Assembly (NCBI GenBank): GCA_964498425.1
Contig: CAZCGQ010000005.1
Span: 1-51,411 of the forward strand
DNA length: 51,411 bases
Reading direction: 5' to 3'
From: an uncultured Gammaproteobacteria bacterium
GTDB taxonomy: Bacteria > Patescibacteriota > Microgenomatia > UBA12405 > JAHJSD01
The notes beneath the pieces are model-generated. The model worked only from the letters and a program-made list of their open reading frames with translations. It made no database searches and was not told the DNA's origin. A program made the position numbers and the translations under genes. This document shows, piece after piece, positions 35,671 through 43,076 of this stretch. Within the stretch, counting starts at the first letter, position 1. Each line of letters begins with the position of its first letter.

Positions 35671-37382
35671 TTAAACTTTCTCTGGGTAATGATTATTAAC
35701 AGTGAAAACCAGGAGAGCAGTGATATTAGGTTACTCCATTTTCGTATTGGGGTATCAGTAAACTGAAAATAAACCTCATGTTCTCCTTCTGTTAAATAAA
35801 CTTGATTACGTCCCAACTCATCTTCCTCCCGATAAAACACTTCAGCTGGTTGGTCATCAATCCAGGCTTTCCAGCCGGGAAAATTAAAAATATTAATCCT
35901 CAGCCTGCCTTCTTCTTTAACAGTACCCTGCCAGTAATACCAATTACTACCTTTAGCAGTATTAACATCGCTAACTTCTCCTTCAAAAAATTCATACTCT
36001 ACTTCCGGAGCAGAAATCGGTGCCCATTTTGCTGCTTTCGGCAAATAATCATTAATTCCTGATGTTTGCTGCATTTCCCAAGCAATCCCGGAAAGCTTTT
36101 CCTCATCTGTCAGCGGTCCGACATTATCCGGCCGGAAAAAGGTCCAATTCCAAGCAATAACCCCAACAATCAACAACCAAACCAGCCATTTTTTTGGCCA
36201 AATTTTGTAAACTGCTCCGGCAATAATTGAGGTAAATAAAACAACCCCAGCCAACAACCGCCAAGGAAATTGGGCTAATTGTAAAAATGTCACTTTCAGC
36301 CAAATAAAGGTGGATTTTTCATGCATTAAAAAAGCATATACTAATCCAAAACCAAACAACCCCAACAGCATTAATGGATATTTAACCTTAATCTTTGCCT
36401 TCTCATTACCAAGTCTTCTCACAAGCCAGGTTATCAATATGTAACCGGTGACAATTAAAGCGATAAGCCAATGAACATGTCCAATTGGAAAGGCCATTCC
36501 ATCTGCTTGCTTCCAAACCGACGGTCCCCAACCCCAAAATCGGGAAATAAACAACTGGTGCAAAGAGACAAAGTGAGCTCGCCAATTAAAATAGCCTGAA
36601 AACATCGATTGAATATGGGTAAATCGTTTTTCCAAAAACATTGGTAAGGTAAAAAAAGCGGCTAAACCAAGTGCCCAAAGAGCGGCCAAAACATATTGAC
36701 CAAACAGTTTTGGCTTATTCCAGGGGAAACTATCGTATTTATACCACCAATAAACTACCCAGGCTAATAAGACCGGAACAAAAATCAAGACCATAATATT
36801 GTGGGTTAAAAGAAGCATCGAGAAGCTAAATGCCAACCATATCAAATAGCCGCTCCAGGAGCGGGAATTTCTACGCTCCTGGACCGAAGATTCCACCAAC
36901 TTTTTTGCCGACCATAAAATTAAAGGGAACCAGATAAAGGCCCAAGCTTCGTTCAAAGCACCTCTTACAAAAACATCGGTAGAATGATAAGGAGCCCAAA
37001 TATAGAAAATTGAGCTGAGCAGTCCTCCCCATACTCCCCACAAGCTGTTCGCTAAAACAAACATCGTGATTCCAGAAAGAAAAAACTGCAGCCCGAAAAG
37101 AACCTTAGCGGTATTAATGAAACTTAAACCCAAAGCCCGGAAGGCTTGTCCAACATAAAACGGCAGTGGCGGATAAAAATTAAATAGTGGGTAACCAAAA
37201 CCAAATCCCATATCCGGAACCCAACGACAGGGCAATTGCCCATCCTGCCAACATTTCTCCATTTGAAGCTGGCGCATTACTTGCAAATCATCATGCATAT
37301 TAAAATACCCCGGCTTAAACAACCATCGACTGGCTAACCCAGCCGCAATTAAAACCAAAATAACTGCTACTTTCTTATTCAT
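35652..37382 (-). CDS. Large multi-pass membrane protein, YfhO-related/PTPS-related-type GT-C candidate
   Basis: 576 aa. N-terminal loop YFNMHDDLQVMRQLQ. The C-terminal domain carries FNFPGWKAWIDDQPAEV, which parallels NYFPGWKAKIDGQPVKV of the YfhO-like ORF. Confidence 0.5.
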   Translation of the reverse strand: MNKKVAVILVLIAAGLASRWLFKPGYFNMHDDLQVMRQLQMEKCWQDGQLPCRWVPDMGFGFGYPLFNFYPPLPFYVGQAFRALGLSFINTAKVLFGLQFFLSGITMFVLANSLWGVWGGLLSSIFYIWAPYHSTDVFVRGALNEAWAFIWFPLILWSAKKLVESSVQERRNSRSWSGYLIWLAFSFSMLLLTHNIMVLIFVPVLLAWVVYWWYKYDSFPWNKPKLFGQYVLAALWALGLAAFFTLPMFLEKRFTHIQSMFSGYFNWRAHFVSLHQLFISRFWGWGPSVWKQADGMAFPIGHVHWLIALIVTGYILITWLVRRLGNEKAKIKVKYPLMLLGLFGFGLVYAFLMHEKSTFIWLKVTFLQLAQFPWRLLAGVVLFTSIIAGAVYKIWPKKWLVWLLIVGVIAWNWTFFRPDNVGPLTDEEKLSGIAWEMQQTSGINDYLPKAAKWAPISAPEVEYEFFEGEVSDVNTAKGSNWYYWQGTVKEEGRLRINIFNFPGWKAWIDDQPAEVFYREEDELGRNQVYLTEGEHEVYFQFTDTPIRKWSNLISLLSWFSLLIIITQRKFKWLPIK

Positions 37383-37387
37383 TAAGG

Positions 37388-38950
37388 TTAATTAGAAATT
37401 TTAAAGAATAATAACTTATCTTCTCCCGCCTTATCATAGGCTTGAATTAATTCCAGCCCCTCCGCGGCACGTCCTTCTATTTTATAACGACTTTGGTTAA
37501 CTACCAAATAAGTTTTGTTCCCTGCCTCCTTAGATTCGATCAACGGGTCTGGGATCGATTTTATCGGATAGCCAAGACCAATAACAGTGATATTTTTAAC
37601 TCCCTCAACATAAATTTGCAACCCGTTCGGCAATGTTCCGAAATGTCCTTCCGTCCCAACGACGATATTATCATCCTCGGCACGACCTTTTAAGTAATCA
37701 GCAATTGACCTTATTCCCTGACCGGCCGTCCAATTTTCTAAATAACCGGCCCGATCATCTGCCGGCAAATTAGCCTTAACCGGAGAAAACCATAAATGGT
37801 AGTTAAATATAAATGCGGGAAAGAACAATATTAAAAACGTTAAAACAGTTATTGCGTTACGAGTTCGCGGGTTACGGGTTAATTTAATTATTTCTAAACT
37901 GGCAACTCGTAGTCCATAACTAACAAACACAATAAACACTGGGACAGTAAACAAAATATAACGGGCAGTAAAATCTTTAGCAATTAACGCCTGAACCAAC
38001 ATCGGCCCAACTATCCAAATCATTAATAACAACCATTTTTTACTAAATCTCTTAATTCCCTTGATCGCACCTATAATTCCTAGTAGAAGTAATGGTGATG
38101 TCAAATAATGCCAGTAATACCTAGTCATATCCCCTAATCGTGCCAAGGTTGGCCGAATTGGATCAGCGACAATTTCCTGAACAGACCGAACATAATCCTT
38201 ATTTCTTAGTCCAAGCATATGAAAATTCGGGCCTAAACGAAGAATGTTATACATCATGTAAGCAATACCTAAAGAAACGCCAATTAATGCAATAGTAGGG
38301 ACAATCCTAGGATTGTCCTTACAAATAGACAGTAGACCTACCGTCATCACCACTAACCCGACAAAAAATACCGCTGGACTTTTGGTGAGTAATCCACCCC
38401 CTAAAACCATTCCTAAAATCATCGCTATATCCAAACGCTTAGTCTCGGCCAATAAAATAGATAAATTCAATGACCAAATCCCAAATCCGGCTAATAAGCT
38501 GTCCACCAAAGCCATCCGATCAAAAAACAAAGTAAACGGTGCAATTACATAAATCAACCCCGCTATTAACCCAATTACAATGGATTGGTTCATTATAATT
38601 GGCAGGATTATTACTCCCAGTAAAGTCATTAAGCCCGAGAAAACCGAAACTAAACGACCAGCTAACAAAGGATCATTAATTACCTTTAAAAAAGGTATTG
38701 TCAACCACATAAATAACGGCTGTTTACCATCTTGAAGAGGAACAAATCTCAGACTGGGAACATTTCGCATTATTTGGGACCAACGAACGTAAATTGCTTC
38801 ATCAGCAAAGATTGGCAGTTTTCTTAAATGAAAAACCCGCGTTAAAAAATATAAACAAATAATTAAAAATATATACAAAATCTGTTTTTTTGAAAATTGA
38901 AAATTGAAAATTGGAGTTTTTATTTCAATCATACTTTCCTCGAAGGTCAT
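37388..38950 (-). CDS. GT-C membrane glycosyltransferase, ArnT-like
   Basis: 520 aa with LPIFADEAIYVRWSQ (Asp-Glu loop-1 motif), multi-pass, and a C-terminal soluble domain. Its start overlaps the preceding polyprenyl-P sugar synthase gene by 26 nt. Confidence 0.7.
   Translation of the reverse strand: MTFEESMIEIKTPIFNFQFSKKQILYIFLIICLYFLTRVFHLRKLPIFADEAIYVRWSQIMRNVPSLRFVPLQDGKQPLFMWLTIPFLKVINDPLLAGRLVSVFSGLMTLLGVIILPIIMNQSIVIGLIAGLIYVIAPFTLFFDRMALVDSLLAGFGIWSLNLSILLAETKRLDIAMILGMVLGGGLLTKSPAVFFVGLVVMTVGLLSICKDNPRIVPTIALIGVSLGIAYMMYNILRLGPNFHMLGLRNKDYVRSVQEIVADPIRPTLARLGDMTRYYWHYLTSPLLLLGIIGAIKGIKRFSKKWLLLMIWIVGPMLVQALIAKDFTARYILFTVPVFIVFVSYGLRVASLEIIKLTRNPRTRNAITVLTFLILFFPAFIFNYHLWFSPVKANLPADDRAGYLENWTAGQGIRSIADYLKGRAEDDNIVVGTEGHFGTLPNGLQIYVEGVKNITVIGLGYPIKSIPDPLIESKEAGNKTYLVVNQSRYKIEGRAAEGLELIQAYDKAGEDKLLFFKISN
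37856..37884. repeat. 7-bp periodic tract, GC-richer flavour (GTTACGn-type, about 4 units with one 1-nt slip)
   Basis: gttacga gttcgcg ggttacg ggttaat. Sense strand encodes TRNPRTRNA in the ArnT-like ORF. Confidence 0.5.
38295..38320. repeat. 26-nt element with perfect 20-bp palindrome, copy A (intragenic)
   Basis: gtagGGACAATCCTAGGATTGTCCtt, with the palindrome at 38299-38318. Encodes KDNPRIVPT in the ArnT-like ORF. 26/26 identical to copy B. Confidence 0.95.
38891..38911. repeat. 7-bp tandem array (TGAAAAT x3 perfect)
   Basis: Lies within codons 14-20 of ORF 37388..38950. Sense strand encodes IFNFQFS, the same peptide as the array at 13971. Confidence 0.9.
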
Positions 38951-39674
38951 TAAGTTTAACCCGAAGAATCTGCTCAGCCATCTGCTTCGATTCCTTAAAA
39001 TACCGGGCGAAGTAATTCTCGCCCTTGGTTATGCTCTCATCTCTATCTTCCCAGTCAACCATCACCTCTCTTATTTTGATACCTCGCTGGTTAATCATAT
39101 GCAAAAGTTCAACGTCATATGAGGTTACCGTCCACCCTTTTGCCTCTTTACTTAAAACATCCAACTTTGGAAATATCTTTAAAATTAATTCCCGTTCAAA
39201 CAATTTAAAGCCACATTGAGTATCATCTATTCTAGGTAACAAAAATATCTTCCTTAGGGTTAAAAAGGCTATTGCACCCAATTTTCGAAAAAGTGGATAA
39301 TTCTTTCTAACTCCGCCGCGAGAACCAATGACTGCTTTATAGTCCTTTGTCCAGGGTAGAAGTTTGTCCAGCTGGTCAATTGGAGTAGACTGGTCCATAT
39401 CGGTAAACAAAACCCACTCCCCACTAGCCGCCTCAATACCCTTCCAAACCGCCCAAGGCTTGCCCCCATGTTTGTTAGCTAATACTCTGACCCTTTCATG
39501 TTTATCTCCAAAATCTTGACAAATTTTTAGACTATTATCAGTTGACCCATCATCGGAAATGATCATTTCCCAGTGTAAATCCTGTTTTTGGAGGTAGTCA
39601 AACATTTCACCAAGCACACCCCGCTTTAAATTTTCTTCTTCGTTATAGCAAGGGATAATAACGCTTAAAAACAT
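38925..39674 (-). CDS. GT2 polyprenyl-phosphate glycosyltransferase, ALG5-like (Dol-P-Glc synthase type)
   Basis: 249 aa with LSVIIPCYNEEENL...MIISDDGSTDNS...FTDMDQS...DTQCGFKLFERE. Confidence 0.8.
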   Translation of the reverse strand: MFLSVIIPCYNEEENLKRGVLGEMFDYLQKQDLHWEMIISDDGSTDNSLKICQDFGDKHERVRVLANKHGGKPWAVWKGIEAASGEWVLFTDMDQSTPIDQLDKLLPWTKDYKAVIGSRGGVRKNYPLFRKLGAIAFLTLRKIFLLPRIDDTQCGFKLFERELILKIFPKLDVLSKEAKGWTVTSYDVELLHMINQRGIKIREVMVDWEDRDESITKGENYFARYFKESKQMAEQILRVKLNDLRGKYD

Positions 39675-39691
39675 AAATTATTCTACCAAAA

Positions 39692-41149
39692 TTAATTTGT
39701 GTGGACTAATTTGTAAACTTGAACTTTTTCAATCTGCCATTCATTGGCAATTTTTGCCCAGCCAAAGGCGGCAATTTGCCATTTTTCATGACCAATCGGG
39801 TTGCAATCAACCTTCCCCCAAGGTTCACAAATTACAAATAATTGCTCCGTCATCTTATTATGCAAATCAACCAAATTATTTTCTTTCTTCCGCGTTAGAA
39901 AGTAGCGGTAGGGATCATCATAATTCTGTTCAGCAATTAAACCCAGAGCAAACTCCTCATTATTGCTCTTTTCCTCAATAAACTTAGCAACGTTTCTTGC
40001 CCGTCGAAGTTGATAAACCGGTTCTGTCCAGCCATGCCAATTTCCAAGCATAATTCCGGCAATTACCAGACCAACCAACGGCCCAAAAAGTTTGATCTTA
40101 ACCAAACCTAAGCTAATTAATAAAATTAAACTCGGGTATAAAAAAAGATAGTAATGAGCATAGACGTGCTGTTTATAGTTCCCCAAACCAACCAAACCAA
40201 TCACCAGCCAAAATCCTATTAACCAGCCCGCTTGTTTTTTCTTTGTTTTTACAAGTCCTAAAGCTAAAACCGGCAAAAGAAGTAGGGCATATTTCCAACT
40301 ATCTTGGTAGAGAATTGTCTGAGCAGTTAATTGATTAAACAGTTTTGGTAAATCCGTAAAGCCCTTATAAACTTTTAAATTCACCGTTGTTTGGCGAACT
40401 GTAAAAAATTCTTTAAATGCGTTGAAGTTTGCAAAATTATGCTTTAAATCAAAAATCAGCAGGGGCGACATCAGAAGAAGAAAAATACCAATACTCAAAA
40501 TTCCAAATTTCAAAAGGTGTCTCGTTTCCTTTTTCTTTGACTGTCGAACCAGCCTAATCAGTTTTACCAGCACTGCCGTTCCTACAATCGGAAAAAGCAG
40601 TAGGCCTAAATAATGAGAATTCAAGACCAAGGCCAAGCAAACCCCCAACCAAATTAAACTCTTATAGTCATCTTTTTTCCATACCCTCCAGGTAAACCAG
40701 GCGGTAAGTAAGCTTAGCAAGGGCATAACATTAGGATTCCAAGAAAAAGTTGAATATTTAATCATCACTGGCGAAAAACCAGCCAATAAGGCTGAAATTA
40801 AACCAACCTTATTCCTAAATAATTTTTTACCAATTAGCCAAATAAAATAAACACTAGCTACACCCACAAAGGCATTAAAAACTGCTGGGCCAATTGGGTT
40901 AAAATTAGCAAGCAGTAAAGAAGGAGCAATTAAATAATAATACCAAGGCCCAAGATACATATTGCCAATTGAAGTTTGCGGACCAATAAACATTAGATCG
41001 CCTTGTTTTAAAAACCGGCGAACAATCAAAACATCCCGGCCTTGATCGCCTAAAAACTCCATATAAGCAGGAAGGCGATAAAGTCGGAGAAAAACAGACG
41101 CAGCCAAAATTAAACTTAATACCCAGTGTTTTCTAACAAACTTAATCAC
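39692..41149 (-). CDS. GT-C membrane glycosyltransferase, ArnT-like
   Basis: 485 aa, multi-pass. N-terminal loop PAYMEFLGDQGRDVLIVRRFL, with a C-terminal soluble domain. Overlaps the upstream synthase gene by 4 nt. Confidence 0.6.
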   Translation of the reverse strand: MIKFVRKHWVLSLILAASVFLRLYRLPAYMEFLGDQGRDVLIVRRFLKQGDLMFIGPQTSIGNMYLGPWYYYLIAPSLLLANFNPIGPAVFNAFVGVASVYFIWLIGKKLFRNKVGLISALLAGFSPVMIKYSTFSWNPNVMPLLSLLTAWFTWRVWKKDDYKSLIWLGVCLALVLNSHYLGLLLFPIVGTAVLVKLIRLVRQSKKKETRHLLKFGILSIGIFLLLMSPLLIFDLKHNFANFNAFKEFFTVRQTTVNLKVYKGFTDLPKLFNQLTAQTILYQDSWKYALLLLPVLALGLVKTKKKQAGWLIGFWLVIGLVGLGNYKQHVYAHYYLFLYPSLILLISLGLVKIKLFGPLVGLVIAGIMLGNWHGWTEPVYQLRRARNVAKFIEEKSNNEEFALGLIAEQNYDDPYRYFLTRKKENNLVDLHNKMTEQLFVICEPWGKVDCNPIGHEKWQIAAFGWAKIANEWQIEKVQVYKLVHTN

Positions 41150-41871
41150 TTTTTAATCTTCAGTTTAAACCAAAGCCTAACTAAATCCTTCAGCCCAGAA
41201 GCAATAACATCAAAATCTGCTCCGGTTGCCGCCCCATGTTCTCGAGCAAAATGGCTGACCCCAACCTCTTCAATTTTAAAACCAGCGTCCTTAGCTTTAA
41301 TCAGAAACTCCGAGGTAATAAATGGACCCCGCTCAGCCTCCAATTGCGGAATAGTTTCAACCACTTCCTTTTTAAACAGTTTAAAACCACAGTCAATATC
41401 CTTTACCCACAAACCAAAAAGTAAAAACACTGCTATCTCCCATACCTTAGAACCCCATTTTCGATAAAAAGGAACCTTTCGGTCCAGATAATAACCAATG
41501 ACTAAGTCTGCCTTGGTATCTTTCTGCTTAATAATAAATCTGTCAAGTTCAGAGAAATCAAACTGACCGTCAGAATCGGTAAAGGCAATCCATTTAAATT
41601 TGGAGTTATACATTCCCGACTTTAAAGCCGCTCCGTAACCCCGGTTAGGGTTGTGAGTAATCAGCCGAACCTGGTCGGGATAATCCTTAATGATTTCTTT
41701 GGCAATTTTTCCAGTCTTATCCTTACTGCCGTCGTCAACAATAATAACTTCCCACTGGTCAGCAGTATCTTCCAAAACATCAATTGCCTTCAAAACCGTA
41801 TTTTTAAGGTTTTTTTCTTCGTTGTAGGCTGGAAAGAAAACCGACAATTCAGATATTAGCTTCTTAGGCAT
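41146..41871 (-). CDS. GT2 polyprenyl-phosphate glycosyltransferase (GtrB/ArnC/DPM1-like)
   Basis: 241 aa with LSVFFPAYNEEKNL...VIIVDDGSKDKT...FTDSDGQ...DIDCGFKLFKKE. Confidence 0.8.
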   Translation of the reverse strand: MPKKLISELSVFFPAYNEEKNLKNTVLKAIDVLEDTADQWEVIIVDDGSKDKTGKIAKEIIKDYPDQVRLITHNPNRGYGAALKSGMYNSKFKWIAFTDSDGQFDFSELDRFIIKQKDTKADLVIGYYLDRKVPFYRKWGSKVWEIAVFLLFGLWVKDIDCGFKLFKKEVVETIPQLEAERGPFITSEFLIKAKDAGFKIEEVGVSHFAREHGAATGADFDVIASGLKDLVRLWFKLKIKK

Positions 41872-41876
41872 AAGAA

Positions 41877-41888
41877 TATGATATCATA
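41877..41888. promoter_or_regulatory. 12-bp perfect palindrome TATGATATCATA in a divergent intergenic region (possible back-to-back -10 boxes or operator)
   Basis: Reads TATGAT on both strands. Lies 6 nt from the minus-strand start codon at 41871 and 59 nt from the plus-strand start at 41947. Confidence 0.3.
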
Positions 41889-41912
41889 AAGTACAAAATT
41901 ACTAAATTATAT

Positions 41913-41938
41913 GTAGGGACAATCCTAGGATTGTCCTT
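41913..41938. repeat. 26-nt element with perfect 20-bp palindrome, copy B (intergenic, 5' of ORF 41947..43041)
   Basis: gtagGGACAATCCTAGGATTGTCCtt, with the palindrome at 41917-41936. Ends 8 nt before the ATG. Confidence 0.95.
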
Positions 41939-41946
41939 GTGAAAAG

Positions 41947-43041
41947 ATGAATAGAAACACAAAAAATATTTTATTTTTATCGGTAATAACAGTAATTACC
42001 ACACTAGCAGTTTGGCTTCCTTTTTCACTACGCAACCAAATGCCAAAGGTTTTTGCTAATTTTGATGGTCCCAATTACCTTGTCATCGCTAAATGCGGCT
42101 ATGACCCGCAGTGCATCCGCACAACCTTTTCCTTGCCCCAACCAGTTGAATACTACCCCGCTCACTTTCCCGGTTATCCCTTACTAATTTCAGCCTTCGA
42201 TCAAATACTTCCCGGTTGGTGGGCAATGCTCATTGCTAATCTTTTCACCACTTTAACTATGGTAACAATCATATATTTATTGCTTAAACAACTAGAAGTA
42301 AAATCTGCTTTCTGGCTGTCTCTTCTCAGCTTGTTTTTACCAGCTCGTATGCTCGTTTTAAGAACAGTGGGGGCACCGGAAACACTCTTTATCACCCTTC
42401 TTCTTGCCTCAATCTACTTTTACCGCCAAAAAAAGTATTGGCCGGCCGGAATTTTTCTAGCTTTTGCTCAACTAACCAAAACTCCGGCAATTTTGTTATT
42501 TATAGCCTACTTTATTGACACTTTTTTAAGTGTTAAATGGTCAATGAAAAAATGGCTAAATAAAACTCCGCTTTTATTAGGCCCTGCCGTCATTCTCCCC
42601 CTCTTTCTTGTTTTTCAAAACCAAACCGGCAATTTTCTCGCCTATTTCAACTCTGGCGATAACTTTCATCTTGTCCCAATTCCTTTTCAAACCTTTGTTT
42701 CATCACGTTCATGGCTGGGCGACTTCTGGCTAGAAGATATCGTTTACGTCTACCTAATTGGAGGTTTAGCCATCACTCAGCTTTGGAAAAAATATCACGG
42801 AAAAATTATTGCCATTTTTCCAACTATCTTCTATATGGCAACACTCTTTGTCGCTCACCGCGATATTTCCCGCTATTCTGCCCCACTCTACTTTTTCTAT
42901 TTACTTGCCTTTAAGAATTTTTTGAAGAAGAAGGAATTTAGAATTGTCTTCTTTATTTTGTTACCGGCAGTTTATTTCTTTGCCATTAACTTCATCAACT
43001 ACAATGTCGCCCCAATCGCCGACTGGACACCGTATAAATAG
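41947..43041 (+). CDS. GT-C-like membrane mannosyltransferase (PIG-V/Gpi18-like)
   Basis: 364 aa, multi-pass. FANFDGPNYLVIAKCGYDP matches the same loop motif as ORF 3003..4241. One of only two plus-strand genes in the island; the other is the RAYT transposase gene (10517..11242). Confidence 0.55.
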   Translation: MNRNTKNILFLSVITVITTLAVWLPFSLRNQMPKVFANFDGPNYLVIAKCGYDPQCIRTTFSLPQPVEYYPAHFPGYPLLISAFDQILPGWWAMLIANLFTTLTMVTIIYLLLKQLEVKSAFWLSLLSLFLPARMLVLRTVGAPETLFITLLLASIYFYRQKKYWPAGIFLAFAQLTKTPAILLFIAYFIDTFLSVKWSMKKWLNKTPLLLGPAVILPLFLVFQNQTGNFLAYFNSGDNFHLVPIPFQTFVSSRSWLGDFWLEDIVYVYLIGGLAITQLWKKYHGKIIAIFPTIFYMATLFVAHRDISRYSAPLYFFYLLAFKNFLKKKEFRIVFFILLPAVYFFAINFINYNVAPIADWTPYK

Positions 43042-43076
43042 CCACAACTCACTAATCACTAGCCACTAGCCGCTAT
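43042..43076. repeat. 7-bp tandem array (CCACTAG-type x5) between convergent genes
   Basis: ccacaac tcactaa tcactag ccactag ccgctat. Fills the 31-nt gap between the two stop codons and places stop triplets at 7-nt spacing on both strands. Confidence 0.8.

Noticed and set aside
39815-39835. cccaaggttcacaaatt, as a fourth, degenerate copy of the REP-like element.
   Set aside because: Only about 13 nt match, the second hairpin is absent, and the stretch encodes a conserved-looking part (EPWGKVDC) of the ArnT-like C-terminal domain. It is probably chance.
41126-41467. 113-aa plus-strand ORF (and the nested 41236..41424 ORF).
   Set aside because: It is antisense to the GT2 polyprenyl-phosphate glycosyltransferase ORF, which carries complete GT2 motifs.
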